Of a stretch of DNA of 64,000 bases, positions 48,024 through 59,155 are shown piece after piece (position 1 is the first letter of the stretch; every line of letters begins with the position of its first letter). Position numbers and translations under genes: made by a program. The stretch spans positions 14,213,680 to 14,277,679 of the forward strand of contig OZ316894.1 in NCBI GenBank assembly GCA_973895155.1. Direction: 5' to 3'. The stretch comes from Marsupella aquatica. Taxonomy: Eukaryota > Plantae > Marchantiophyta. Under the pieces are notes generated by a model. The model saw only the letters and a list, made by a program, of their open reading frames with translations, was not told the origin of the DNA and searched no databases.

Positions 48024-51000
48024 ATGGAGGAGATATTCAAATTGGCCTCGTGGAATGTGTGTGGATTGTGCGAACCCAATCGCAAACATGTAGTGAAGAA
48101 TTGGGTTAAATCCCTGAAGACACCCTTGAGCGTTATGGCGCTTTAGGAAGTGAAAACAGACCAATTTCGACTAGATATGGCGTTGAGAGCTATTATGTCG
48201 GACTACCAACACTTCTCTACTGCACCGGATGAGGGAAGAGGGGGAATGGCGCTGATGGTCCACCCAGAGATTAAGGTGGTTAGATCATGAATGCTAGACC
48301 TTGGACGGGCAGTGTGGGTGATAGTGGACACGGAAGCGGGGAAGATTGGAATTGCATGTGTTTTTGCTCCCAACTCTTCTCAACTTCAGGCCCCGCTATG
48401 GAATGATCTAAAGACCTTACTACCACAAGTGGACTGGATCATGTGCGGAGACTTTAACATGACAGAGTGCAGGTCTGACTCTACGGGTAATTTGCCTCTC
48501 ATTAGAGGTAGAGAGGCTGAATTTTGGAGATTTCTCAAAATGCGTTTTGACATGACAGATGCTTGGGACATCAATGGGGCTGCAACTGGCCCACGATACA
48601 CATGGAGACGGTTTCGAAATAGTGAACTGGTGCAGTCAAGGCTGGACCATTTTTATCTAAGCAAGAAAGGATGGTGGCTGGGAGAATTTGTTGGGCTCAC
48701 CCATGAGGAGGCTCCTCTCTATCAGATCATGACCCGGTACTGTTGGAGGTGAGGCTAGCAACACCTCTGTTGACTGGAAAGAGAGGGAACACTAAGATGT
48801 TCATGGCAAATCCAACGTTGCTGCGAAGTAATGAGGACATGCAAGGGCTGGAAGAGGCTTGGAGAAGGGGTAGGGAGAACTTCAATGACCCACACCTCCG
48901 GTTTGCCAAAGGTAGTGCGCAACTGAGGAACACATACAAGCAATTATAGGCTAAGCCGCGTCCAGCAGAGGCTGCGTTGCAATTTCTAAGAGCACAAATG
49001 AGTGCCCTTAAATTATCAAATTTAGAAGCACATTCGGCCTCTGACGTTATGGAGTGCATGGAGATAGAAGACTCGTTGCATATGACAGAGATTGAAGAAG
49101 CACACAGGGGCCAGAGACTGGCCAGAGTTAAGTGGCTGGGGGAAGGGGAAGAATCTACTAAATTCTTCTTTGCTACGGTTAGAGCAAGAGGAGCTATGAA
49201 CTCCCTGACCCGTGAAGATGGAAGTGTGATTGTGGACCCTAATCGTATCTTGGTAGAGGTGGAGTCTTTCTATCAGAATCTATATTCGACTCCGGCTCTA
49301 TCACAAGTAGAGAAGGTAGAGTAGAGGGAAGCCCGCATTTGCCTTTTAAATATTCATACAAGATTTGCGTTATCTGTAGAAGAGATCCGGAAGATGGAGG
49401 AGCTTCCATCACTTTAGGAGGTGAAAGATGTATTGTGGCTGTCCCGAGACAAAACCCCGGGACCAGACGGATTGACAGCGGAGGTGTACAAAGCGTGTTG
49501 GGGATTCATAGGCGGAGATCTAGTAGACATGATCCAGAAATTCTGTCTTTCAGGGGCACTTGACGGTGGGATCTGTGAGGGTATCATCAAATTCATACCG
49601 AAGAAACCAGATAAACGGTACTTAAAAGATTGGAGACCACTGACAATGTTAAATACAATGTACAAGATCATTGCCAAGATCTAGGCATTGCGTTTGAAAC
49701 CTCTCCTCCACAAGATAATCAGCCCTCAACAGACGGGATTCATCCCTGGGCGACACATCCTTGAGAATATTTTGCTGGCAATGCTAACATGCAATTGGGT
49801 GCAACAGAAGAAGCACCAAGCATTGTTCCTAAAGCTTGATTTTGAAAAGGCATTTGACAGGGTATGCCATGAGTATATATGGGAATGTATGCACCTGCTT
49901 GGGATCAGTGGGCGCTTTATAATGTTGGTTAAAGCGCTGCTAGCTCAAGCAACCTCTAGAGTTTTGGTAAATGGATACCTTTCAAAACAGGTGCACTTGG
50001 AACGAGGAGTGAGGCGGGGCTGCCCACTATCACCTCTCTTATTCGTGATTTCCACACAACCTCTCATGGATTTTTTGGATGATGAGATAGGGGAAGGAAG
50101 GCTTAGAGGACTACGAATTACAGGGGATCTCATGATCTGTTATAGGCTCTTTGTAGATGACGTAGGAATGTTCATCCCGACAACAGAGAAGGACTTCAAT
50201 GTACTGTAAAGCTTTGGTAGGATTGGCAAAGAAACTGATTGCTCTTAGTAGAGATTTCTTATGGGGATACAACGCCACTGGGGGTAGGAAGATCCCCTTG
50301 GTAGCCTGGGACAAGATGGCTCAACCGTGGATGGAGAGAGGTCTGGGATTTAAAGACTTCAGAAGCCACTCTAATGCTCTGCTCTCCCAATGGTTTACAA
50401 AAGCTCTTAACGCCCCAAACCTGGAGTGGTCTAAAATGTTACCTGCAAATCTGGCGCTGATGGGATGGAAGAACTACAAGGTAATCAAAAGGAACCGTTA
50501 CTCCTTTCAAGATCAACTATTGTTGTGCACACCAAGATCATTTGCAGGTCTACCATACACGAGTGGACTGTGGAAGAGCTAGGAGATGGTCAAAGCACAC
50601 CTTTCTTTTGAGCCTGGCAGGACTGGGACACCGGCGAGATGGAGTATCTATGACACCCTGCGTTGCATGGCAGGATTTCACTCCCTCTCAAATGAAGCCA
50701 TTGCAGGGATTGCGGCCATCTATGGAAGATTGGGTATGCGCTCTATAGGAGATGGATGGTCTCTTGAGGATGGAGGATGGAAAGACATCCCACTGCGATG
50801 GCACAACCTGCATGGGTTCTCTGAAGAGCACAAAGATTTAGCTCGGTCCTTCCTGGAATGTCTCTGGAACACCAATGAATGCAGGGCGGACTACTTCCTC
50901 TATGCCAAACAGTGGGTTTGGTCGGACAAGACGGGCGATTGAAAGACTTCAGGATTGAGAATTGTCGCGTCTATGAATTCTTGAGGCCTAAAAGGTCAAA

Positions 51001-51652
51001 CCATGGACGCTTGAATCGGATTTGGTCTATTTCTAGGATGGAAGTAGAATGGAACACAGGCTGGGCTAAGCTCTGGCGCTTGGACTTGTCGACCAGGGGA
51101 AAGACTTTCATATGGCATACCATTGTTGGGGGACTCTTCAAGGGAGCTAGAGCACGCAGAATTGCGGTGAGCAATGGAGAGTGCAAACTTTGCAGCGGTG
51201 TGTTGGAGACCATTCCCCATGTTTTCTTTAGATGTGTTCATGCGGCTAGCTGTTGGGGACTTAGCCACCTCTTCTTACGTGAGCTAGGATTGCCAGTAGG
51301 TCAAGGGCTGATGACTCTGTTGGACTCTGCTTTTGGGAGAGACCCGATCCAGATTGCCAGGCTTTTTGTTTTGCACCAGTTTTTGTGGATGCTTTGGCTG
51401 GGCAGAAATGCCCATGTGTTCTAGGTTGGGGGTAGACGTTATTTTGATCTTGGCCTGGTGCTATCTGAGACGGCGGAGTGCCTGAATGCTATAAGCAGAG
51501 GCTCACCCCCGGGTAGGAAAAGCTCCCGTTTACGACGGGCTAAGGACTTGATTGACAACCTTTGTAGGCTTTGGCTCAGTAGTGGTAGGGCTGTTTATTC
51601 TCTGGGGGCTGACACAGACTCCATGAGACAGGATGGGAAGTGGGGGGCCTGA
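48024..51652 (+). pseudogene. LINE-A ORF2 relic (endonuclease, RT, zf-RVT) with many stops/frameshifts and an internal deletion at ~50200
   Basis: GDFNMTE, SRLDHF, DKTPGPDG, KLDFEKAFDRV, GVRRGCPLSPLLF, LFVDD, CKLC..ETIPHVFFRC. Sequence jumps from just after FVDD to the LAKKLIALSRDFLWG block relative to LINE-B. Confidence 0.9.
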
Positions 51653-51987
51653 TAGGAGGTCGGGGACTCGGCTCTGTTCTAGTTGATGTGTTTCTTGTGG
51701 CTACTGCCAGTGGGGTGTCTCTCTCTGGTGGTCTTGTTGTTTTGTCAAGAGGGGCCTTTTTGCTCTGGTTGGGTGGTGTTTGGGCCCGATGTGGGGTCTT
51801 TTTGCTGTGTGGCTTGTTCGCCCTGCCCGTGGGGTTTTTTGCGGGTGAAAACAATTTATAAAAAAAACCAATTCCAAGGAAAATGTTCAACTCATTCTGA
51901 ATTGCACATCCTCAATCTCAAGAGGCAATTACAAATTGTATTGTAGGTTCAGCCAAAGGGACTATGGATTTTGTGCTAGGTCATGGT

Positions 51988-52184
51988 TGTTGTAAACCCT
52001 AGTTTACCCCTTAACCATAGGGCGAGAACCCTTAACCATAGTATGAGAACTCCTAACCATAGGACCAGTATAAGGGCATTTGCCTACCATGTAACCAAGG
52101 GGATATATATATCCCCTCATCAATAGTAATGGATCTATCTTGTTGGAGTATCTTTGAGCGTTCCTTTAGTTGTCTATTACAACA
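51988..52184 (+). repeat. 5' LTR
   Basis: TG...CA termini; three TAACCATAG repeats; palindrome GGGGATATATATATCCCC. Confidence 0.96.
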
Positions 52185-52544
52185 CGTTATCAGCACGAGC
52201 CAGTCTCTAAAATCATTTTTTTTCAAGCAGATGCAATCGAGTTTTACACGAGGAGAATGCTCGTAAAGTGGCATTTTTTTTAGAAACTGCCATAACCGTT
52301 TTTTTTTCTTGGTCTCCATTCTTTTGCCTCAGAGTTGAATTTTTTTTTACAAAACACGAAATTTCACATAGAGCATCAATTCGGGACCTGCATATCGAGA
52401 GTCCAAAGGACTAATACTTTATTGGCATGATTGAAAGCTCCCTCAGCTCCATATACAAGCTTCCAACCGGTCAATTGTACAATCGAGATACTTCACTCGA
52501 TTCAATCTTCACCAAAGTTCTTAAATCAACTGACATCCCGAATA

Positions 52545-55500
52545 ATGAATACAGTCGAAAAATTATTATGGCCAGCACTTAAAGTCGACGGATCCAACTA
52601 TTTGACGTGGATCACAGATGTCGAAACTTACTTTACATCACAAGACCTTGAAGACACCTTAGATACCGACATCGATGTCACGCTCAAACAAAAGGCTAAG
52701 GCAGCGTTTCTACTCAGGCAACATCTAACCCCTCAACTAAAGAATGAGTATATGAACGAAATTAATCCAAGAAAACTATGGGATCTCCTCAAAGCCCGAT
52801 TTGATCATATGAGGGAGATATGGCTCCCAGAGGCAAGAAGGGATTGGCATAACCTGCGCGTCATGGACCACACCACAATTGCCAATTACAATAGCGCACT
52901 GTGCAGAATTACATCTCAATTAGAAATGTGTGGACATCCAATAAATGACATAGATAGAATCGATAAGACACTATCGACATTCCCTGAATCTAATATCACA
53001 TTAGGTACACAATATAGGAACATGCGTTTCACTAAGTACTCAGATCTGATTGCTCACTTACTTGTGGAAGAGAAGCAACAGATCGTGGCCTTGCAAAACG
53101 CCAGAAAGCGCCCAGCAGGATCAGACCCCCCACCACATCGACCTGAAACCCACTACACCAATTATGAAGACAAACAACGAGGAAATTACCGGGGCGGACG
53201 AACTCAATTCAGAGGCGGAAGAAACCAATTCAGGGGCGGGAGAAATCAATTCAGAGGACAAGGCAAACCTTATAACCGACCCTCCGGATCCAATAACACG
53301 TGGAGCAGAGGCACCATGAATAATAGAGGAAGAGGACGAAGCAACCAATACGACACTGCAAACAATTCCCAGAAAATGTGTTACCGATGTGGCAAAATTG
53401 GCCACATTAGAAACGCATGTGCAGCCACAGAACAAGAGGCCCACAGATACATAAACGACAGAAATAAGTCCAGACAAAACCCCCAAGGACATTATATGGA
53501 GATAGAAGAAGAATTGATTGCCTCTCAGAGAGAAGAAACACAAGAACAGATAGAAGTACATACCTCTCTTACTGACTGGAAATACCCGACATTAGACGAC
53601 CCCGATACGGGCATCATCGACAGCGGAACCTCACATACTATCTTAAAACACAGCAAGTATTTCGAGGCCATCACCCCATCATCCCGCGCTATCACCACCA
53701 TAGCAGGACTTAATCATATAGAAGAAGGCAAAGGACGAGCCACAGTTATACTACCAGGAGGAACTAAAATCACCGTGAAGTCAGCAATTTATGCCCCGAA
53801 AGCAACCCGAAACCTCATCAGCTTCCAGGATATCAGATCCAATAACCTCCAACTGCGCACGAATACTCAGGGCAAAACAGAGACATTACAGATCATACAA
53901 GACATACAGGGTAAGCCATCCATTAAAGAAACATTTGCATTGATCCCCCCAGGCCTATACGCAACCAGTATCCAAACATTCCATATACACCAAGAATCAG
54001 AGGATATGACATACATCTGGCACTGTCGACTGGGCCACCCGGGTACCACTATGTACAACAGGATTATAAGGGACTCCAAAGGAATCCCCAAGACAGTCAA
54101 GCCAAAGGTAAAAACAGCCTGCATAGCGTGCTCACAAGGAAAAATGACCATACGACCATCAATACCAAAAACAATATTTTCAATACCACAGTTCCTAGAG
54201 CAGATCAATGCAGATATCTGCGGACCTATAGACCCCCCGAGCGGCCCTTTCAAATATTTCCTGGTAATCATCGACTCATCAACTAAATGGCTGCAGATTT
54301 CATTGCTATCTACCCGCAACTTGGCATTTGCGCGGATCTTAGCACATATTCTTAAATTAAGAGCACAGTTCCCAGAGTATCCTACAAGAAGATTAAGAGT
54401 AGATGGAGCTGGCGAGTTCACATCAAGAACATTCGACGACTTTTGCTGGGCAGCGGGCATCGATACTCAATATCCAGTTCCCCACGTTCATTTTCAGAAC
54501 GGTATAGCTGAGTCGGTTATTAAGAGACTTCAAATGGTGGCAAGACCACTGTTAATGAAGTCAAACTTACCCACATCAGCATGGGGACATGCCATCCTTC
54601 ACGCAGCTGCACTAATCCAATATAGACCGTCAGCATATAACTCTAAGACACCATACCACCTGGCGTTCGGCATACCACCGGACCTGTCCCACCTACGCAT
54701 TTTCGGATGCCAGGTAATGGTGCCTATCTTAGGACCAAAGAGAACAAAACTCGGACCCCAACGGAATGCAGGTATCTATGTTGGGTTTGACTCTACTTCG
54801 ATCATTAGATACCTTGAACCGACTACGGCAGACCTGTTCAAGGCAAGACATCAGGACTGCCATTTTTATGAAGATCAATTCCCACAGCTCACGAATACAG
54901 CATCAACACAATCCAAGGACACAACGAAAATGCCCATAAATTGGAAAGCAGACCAAAACAGAAATGACCCCAGAACCAAGCAGGCAGACGAAGAAGTCAG
55001 AAGACTTCTCCACCTACATGAAATGCTCGAAAAGATTCCAGACTCATTTAACGACGCTGCAAATGTCACAAGATCCCACAACTTAGCAGCTAATGCGCCA
55101 TCGCGAGTACAAACCTCCTCGACACCGGCCAATGTAACAGCCCCCAGAGCAAAGCGAGGCAGACCACCAGGGATCAAGGACTCCCAGCCTCGCCAACGTA
55201 AAACTCCAGCAGCAAACTTGGGTACACCCGCGCTGGAACCAGCGATCACACTTAACGTGACAGCGATAAATCAAAACGACCCACTGAGCGAAGAAAACGA
55301 GGAAATGTCAATCACATACATGCAAACAGGTAACATATATAAACGACTGACAACCCAAATTGATGAACAATTTGCCTATAACGTAATACAGGAAATCACC
55401 AACGATATTCCTGATCCGCTCACTATAAACGAGGCAAAGAAACAACCAGATTGGCCAAAGTGGCAAGCAGCAATACATACCGAGATGGACGCCCTCATCA

Positions 55501-57158
55501 AGCGACAAGTATTCGGACCATTTAAAATGGCATTACCAGGTACACATTACACCGACTCTCGATTTACATTCTTGAAAAAACGAAATGAGAAAGGCATAGT
55601 AGTAAGATATCGAGCCCGGCTAGTAGCCAAAGGCTACACACAAATCCCGGGCAGGGACTACGATTTAACATACTCACCAGTAATGGACGCTACTACATAT
55701 CGCTATCTCACAGCACATTCAGTCCACCATAAACTGGTTAATAACCTTATGGACGTGGTAACCGCGTACCTTTACGGCACACTCGATACTGAGATATACA
55801 TGACTGCCCCCCCGGAACTGATAGAGAGGGTCAAGCAGCACATTCAGGGGGAGACGTCCCAGAACCTGAATACAGAGATTAAAAAGGGCATCAGCCAAAT
55901 AATACCTGATGGGGATACAAAGGCCCTCTTGATGCAAAGTGGAAATACACAGGCAATGCATACCAGAGGAAAGAAATTAACAACAAAACTTACAGTCCAA
56001 GTATTACGTTCCATCAACGGACTTAAACAGAGCGGCAGAATCTGGTATCAGAAATTCCAGACAGAGATGCTCGCCCTCGGATTTACAAATAGCGGACTGG
56101 CCCCCTGCATCTTCATCAAAAAGCATATGGACGAAGTCCTGATACTAGCACTGTACGTGGACGATGTGAACTTATTCGGGACTAAACAGATGATGAAAGA
56201 CACAATACATACACTGAAAGGAGTCTTCGAGATGAAGGACCTTGGAAGACCCAACCACTGCCTAGGCCTGCAGATCGAACACTTAGAAACAAGCATATTC
56301 CTTTACCAATCGACATACACGCAGAAGATACTTCATCAATTCAACATGCAGAAATCCTACCCTGTCTCCACCCCGATGGAACTCAGATCTCTAGACCCGA
56401 TCAAAGATATGTTTCGGAAGCGCCAAGAAGACGAATCCATACTGGGATCAGAAAAACCGTACCTATCAGCGGTGGGCGCCCTTATGTATCTAGCGAACCA
56501 GACGAGACCTGACATATCGTTCGCCGTCAGTCTCTTAGCGAGACACAGCGCACAGCCCACCATCAGGCATTGGAACGGCATCAAGAGGATCATGAGATAC
56601 CTACAAGGGACGATCGACCTTGGACTATTCTTTCCTAAGAATAGCCCCGATACGCTTACCGGTTACACTGATGCCGGCTACCTGTCGGACCCCCAGGACT
56701 CCAAATCACAGACTGGGTACGTGTTCTTACAGGGGACGACAGCAATATCTTGGCGAAGTTCAAAGCAAACAATGACCACAACGTCATCCAACCACTCGGA
56801 AATCATAGCGTTATACGAGGCGTGCAGAGAAGCTGTATGGCTACGAAGCATTATCAATCATATTAGGTCCAGCACCGGTAAACCACAGATAACAGAGCCA
56901 ACCACAATCTACGAAGACAATAAGGCGTGTATCGACCAGATAACCAACGGAATCCTGAAGACCGAGAGGACCAAGCATATTGACCCCAAGTATTTCTTCA
57001 CGCAAGAACAACAAGGGAAAAGTATCAATGTTGCATGGATCAAATCTCAGGACAATCGAGCAGACATGTTTACGAAACCACTACCAGCCGGATTGCACAG
57101 AGCGCACCTCGAAGGCATAGGCATGAGCAGATTGTCCACGATCAAGCCCACCTCATAA
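52545..57158 (+). CDS. Copia Gag-Pol polyprotein (~1537 aa from first ATG): gag, CCHC, protease, integrase, RT, RNase H
   Basis: CYRCGKIGHIRNAC; IIDSGTSHT; WHCRLGHPG..CIAC; DICGP, RVDGAGEF, QNGIAES; RYRARLVAKGYTQ, MDVVTAYL, LYVDD; GYTDAGY, YEDNKAC, RTKHID, ADMFTKPL. Single uninterrupted frame. Confidence 0.96.
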   Translation: MNTVEKLLWPALKVDGSNYLTWITDVETYFTSQDLEDTLDTDIDVTLKQKAKAAFLLRQHLTPQLKNEYMNEINPRKLWDLLKARFDHMREIWLPEARRDWHNLRVMDHTTIANYNSALCRITSQLEMCGHPINDIDRIDKTLSTFPESNITLGTQYRNMRFTKYSDLIAHLLVEEKQQIVALQNARKRPAGSDPPPHRPETHYTNYEDKQRGNYRGGRTQFRGGRNQFRGGRNQFRGQGKPYNRPSGSNNTWSRGTMNNRGRGRSNQYDTANNSQKMCYRCGKIGHIRNACAATEQEAHRYINDRNKSRQNPQGHYMEIEEELIASQREETQEQIEVHTSLTDWKYPTLDDPDTGIIDSGTSHTILKHSKYFEAITPSSRAITTIAGLNHIEEGKGRATVILPGGTKITVKSAIYAPKATRNLISFQDIRSNNLQLRTNTQGKTETLQIIQDIQGKPSIKETFALIPPGLYATSIQTFHIHQESEDMTYIWHCRLGHPGTTMYNRIIRDSKGIPKTVKPKVKTACIACSQGKMTIRPSIPKTIFSIPQFLEQINADICGPIDPPSGPFKYFLVIIDSSTKWLQISLLSTRNLAFARILAHILKLRAQFPEYPTRRLRVDGAGEFTSRTFDDFCWAAGIDTQYPVPHVHFQNGIAESVIKRLQMVARPLLMKSNLPTSAWGHAILHAAALIQYRPSAYNSKTPYHLAFGIPPDLSHLRIFGCQVMVPILGPKRTKLGPQRNAGIYVGFDSTSIIRYLEPTTADLFKARHQDCHFYEDQFPQLTNTASTQSKDTTKMPINWKADQNRNDPRTKQADEEVRRLLHLHEMLEKIPDSFNDAANVTRSHNLAANAPSRVQTSSTPANVTAPRAKRGRPPGIKDSQPRQRKTPAANLGTPALEPAITLNVTAINQNDPLSEENEEMSITYMQTGNIYKRLTTQIDEQFAYNVIQEITNDIPDPLTINEAKKQPDWPKWQAAIHTEMDALIKRQVFGPFKMALPGTHYTDSRFTFLKKRNEKGIVVRYRARLVAKGYTQIPGRDYDLTYSPVMDATTYRYLTAHSVHHKLVNNLMDVVTAYLYGTLDTEIYMTAPPELIERVKQHIQGETSQNLNTEIKKGISQIIPDGDTKALLMQSGNTQAMHTRGKKLTTKLTVQVLRSINGLKQSGRIWYQKFQTEMLALGFTNSGLAPCIFIKKHMDEVLILALYVDDVNLFGTKQMMKDTIHTLKGVFEMKDLGRPNHCLGLQIEHLETSIFLYQSTYTQKILHQFNMQKSYPVSTPMELRSLDPIKDMFRKRQEDESILGSEKPYLSAVGALMYLANQTRPDISFAVSLLARHSAQPTIRHWNGIKRIMRYLQGTIDLGLFFPKNSPDTLTGYTDAGYLSDPQDSKSQTGYVFLQGTTAISWRSSKQTMTTTSSNHSEIIALYEACREAVWLRSIINHIRSSTGKPQITEPTTIYEDNKACIDQITNGILKTERTKHIDPKYFFTQEQQGKSINVAWIKSQDNRADMFTKPLPAGLHRAHLEGIGMSRLSTIKPTS

Positions 57159-57662
57159 CACTGAAGCTCGAAAGGATTACCCAACGACGAAGCTGTCGCC
57201 CGATGAAGCCGCCTCCAGATGCCCGACCACCACACTCGGCGAGCGCCACACCACATCCCCGACGTGAAACAACGCAAACCAACGCAAAAACGCCCGACTT
57301 GGCCTCACTAACCCAAAGCACAACACGAAGCGAAGCGCAATACGCAAAACGACATGAAGAACAACACGAGGCGCACACCAGGCAACGAGCTGAGGGGGAG
57401 ACTAGACACCCATTAGGAACATTCACATAACCCCACTTAGCACATACGATTAACACTAACTAAGACATGGCAAAAAGGCTTAACCAGGACATTAGATATG
57501 GGAAACCACCTATATAAGTGATGGTAGCACTCTTTCCTCGAGAAGAAAGCGGCGAGGTTTTAATGAGGCTACATCACACAGGTGGACCCCTAAACCGGAT
57601 TATACCCTAGGTTCAAGAGATGTGGTTACTTTATGCTCCTCCATAAACTAACCAAGGGGGAG

Positions 57663-57859
57663 TGTTGTAAACCCTAGTTTACCCCTTAACCATAGGGCGA
57701 GAACCCTTAACCATAGTATGAGAACTCCTAACCATAGGACCAGTATAAGGGCATTTGCCTACCATGTAACCAAGGGGATATATATATCCCCTCATCAATA
57801 GTAATGGATCTATCTTGTTGGAGTATCTTTGAGCGTTCCTTTAGTTGTCTATTACAACA
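57663..57859 (+). repeat. 3' LTR
   Basis: Identical by eye to 51988-52184. Confidence 0.96.
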
Positions 57860-57864
57860 ATGGT

Positions 57865-59155
57865 CAATTTCTGCAAGCATAGATCTAAATCAAAGGAAGC
57901 CAGTGGATTTGCTGATGGGGTATCAAGTACATATGGTGTTGCACGGCCATGGAACAAATTACAGTTGTTGAAATTCAAAGGTGGGTTGCCATAGTTAGCC
58001 AAATTCTCTAAAGGTACCCTCATGGGAATATTGTGCCCTTGTACATTTTCAGGTGCACTCTCCTGAGAGGCATTATGTGCACCAACATCAGTGGGGGGGG
58101 GGGGGGGAATGAGGTGTTGCAACCAGAGTTGGTATAGGGGTTTGGGTTGCAGTTTGGTTGGAGCAACTTCAAGAGCTCGAGCTGCAGCTTGCTCTTCTTC
58201 CTCCTCCTCCCTCTGCAGCTTCAACATGACAATTCTCATTTCCTTGTGTCTACTCTTGATGAAGTACTCCCGATGGTCCTCATCAATGTCACACAGCTTG
58301 AGTGTGAATAAATTATGCCTGTCTTGCAATTCTGCAAGCTTCAATCGCCTAGCACTGATTTTTGCCATATCTCTTTGTGCATAGACTGCCATTCTTGAGC
58401 TCCATTCATCAACTTTATGCTTCTTTGCATTCTTATTCCCTAGTGGTCTCAACTCACCAAAATGGGTACTCTCTTGATCAAGCTCTTCAGTGCTCTGCCT
58501 TTGGCCTTGCTCATTCTCAACCTACTCTCCACCACACTCTGCATCCAAAGACTCATTCTCTTTGTCATCAAGGAAACCCATTCCCTTGCCCTTATGCTTC
58601 CTAGCTTTCTTTTGTGCAACTTTTTGCTTCATGTCATCCATAGTCATTGCAAATCTAGGACAGTCCTTCAACAGATAACACTGGTCAAGGTAGCTAAAAT
58701 CCATTGCCTTTGGATGCTTTGTCACATACAACTCCTTTGCCCTAACCACAATATCTTCCTCTTTCTCACTAGAATGATGAGCATCAACTATAGATGCATA
58801 CGACCCTGAAAACTTGGCAACGTCGTGTTTCAAGTCACTCCACTTGCTCTCCACTTTCGTGTGTCCTTTGGTCTGTTGTCGTTGTAGTGGATTGTTGTTT
58901 GATCCCAAAAAGCTCCATTCTTTTGCCCACAACCAATGATTGGGTCTTGCAAGATGTGCATCTAGGAACAAACCAACTGCTTCAATTCTACAGATGAGAA
59001 ATTGTTTCCTCCTGCTTTGGTCAAGTCTACCATTGTTGCTATCTTTGGTCACGAGGGGAACGTGTCACAGGCTCTTGATTGTGCAATTTCTGCACAACAC
59101 ACGTACCTATAGCAACACAATTTTGTCGATAGTCCTCCAATTCCACCACGAGCAT
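57865..59155 (-). pseudogene. Harbinger Myb/SANT-like (NAM-associated) DNA-binding protein relic
   Basis: KVESKWSDLKHDVAKFSGSY...EEDIVVRAKELY...DFSYLDQCYLLKDCPRF and RPLGNKNAKK...REYFIKSR are typical of the second Harbinger ORF. Frameshifted; its 3' end is cut by the Copia insertion. Confidence 0.85.

Larger units (their letters stand above)
21964..51879 (+). mobile_element. LINE-A: 5'-truncated, degenerate L1-like non-LTR retrotransposon interrupted by the CACTA element
   Basis: 16-bp TSD AAAATGTTCAACTCAT at 21948-21963 and 51880-51895. ORF1 relic lies left of the CACTA and ORF2 relic right of it. The ORF1 tail rejoins across the CACTA (TSGQVFS|GWSPSGRNRL*, cf. LINE-B QTGSGSQGWMLSPGGRNRI*). 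Confidence 0.9.
51988..57859 (+). mobile_element. Intact Bianca-lineage Ty1/Copia LTR retrotransposon
   Basis: 197-bp LTRs (TGTTGT...ACAACA) at 51988-52184 and 57663-57859, identical by eye. TSD ATGGT at 51983-51987 and 57860-57864. PBS CGTTATCAGCACG at 52185; PPT AAGGGGGAG at 57654-57662. Confidence 0.97.
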
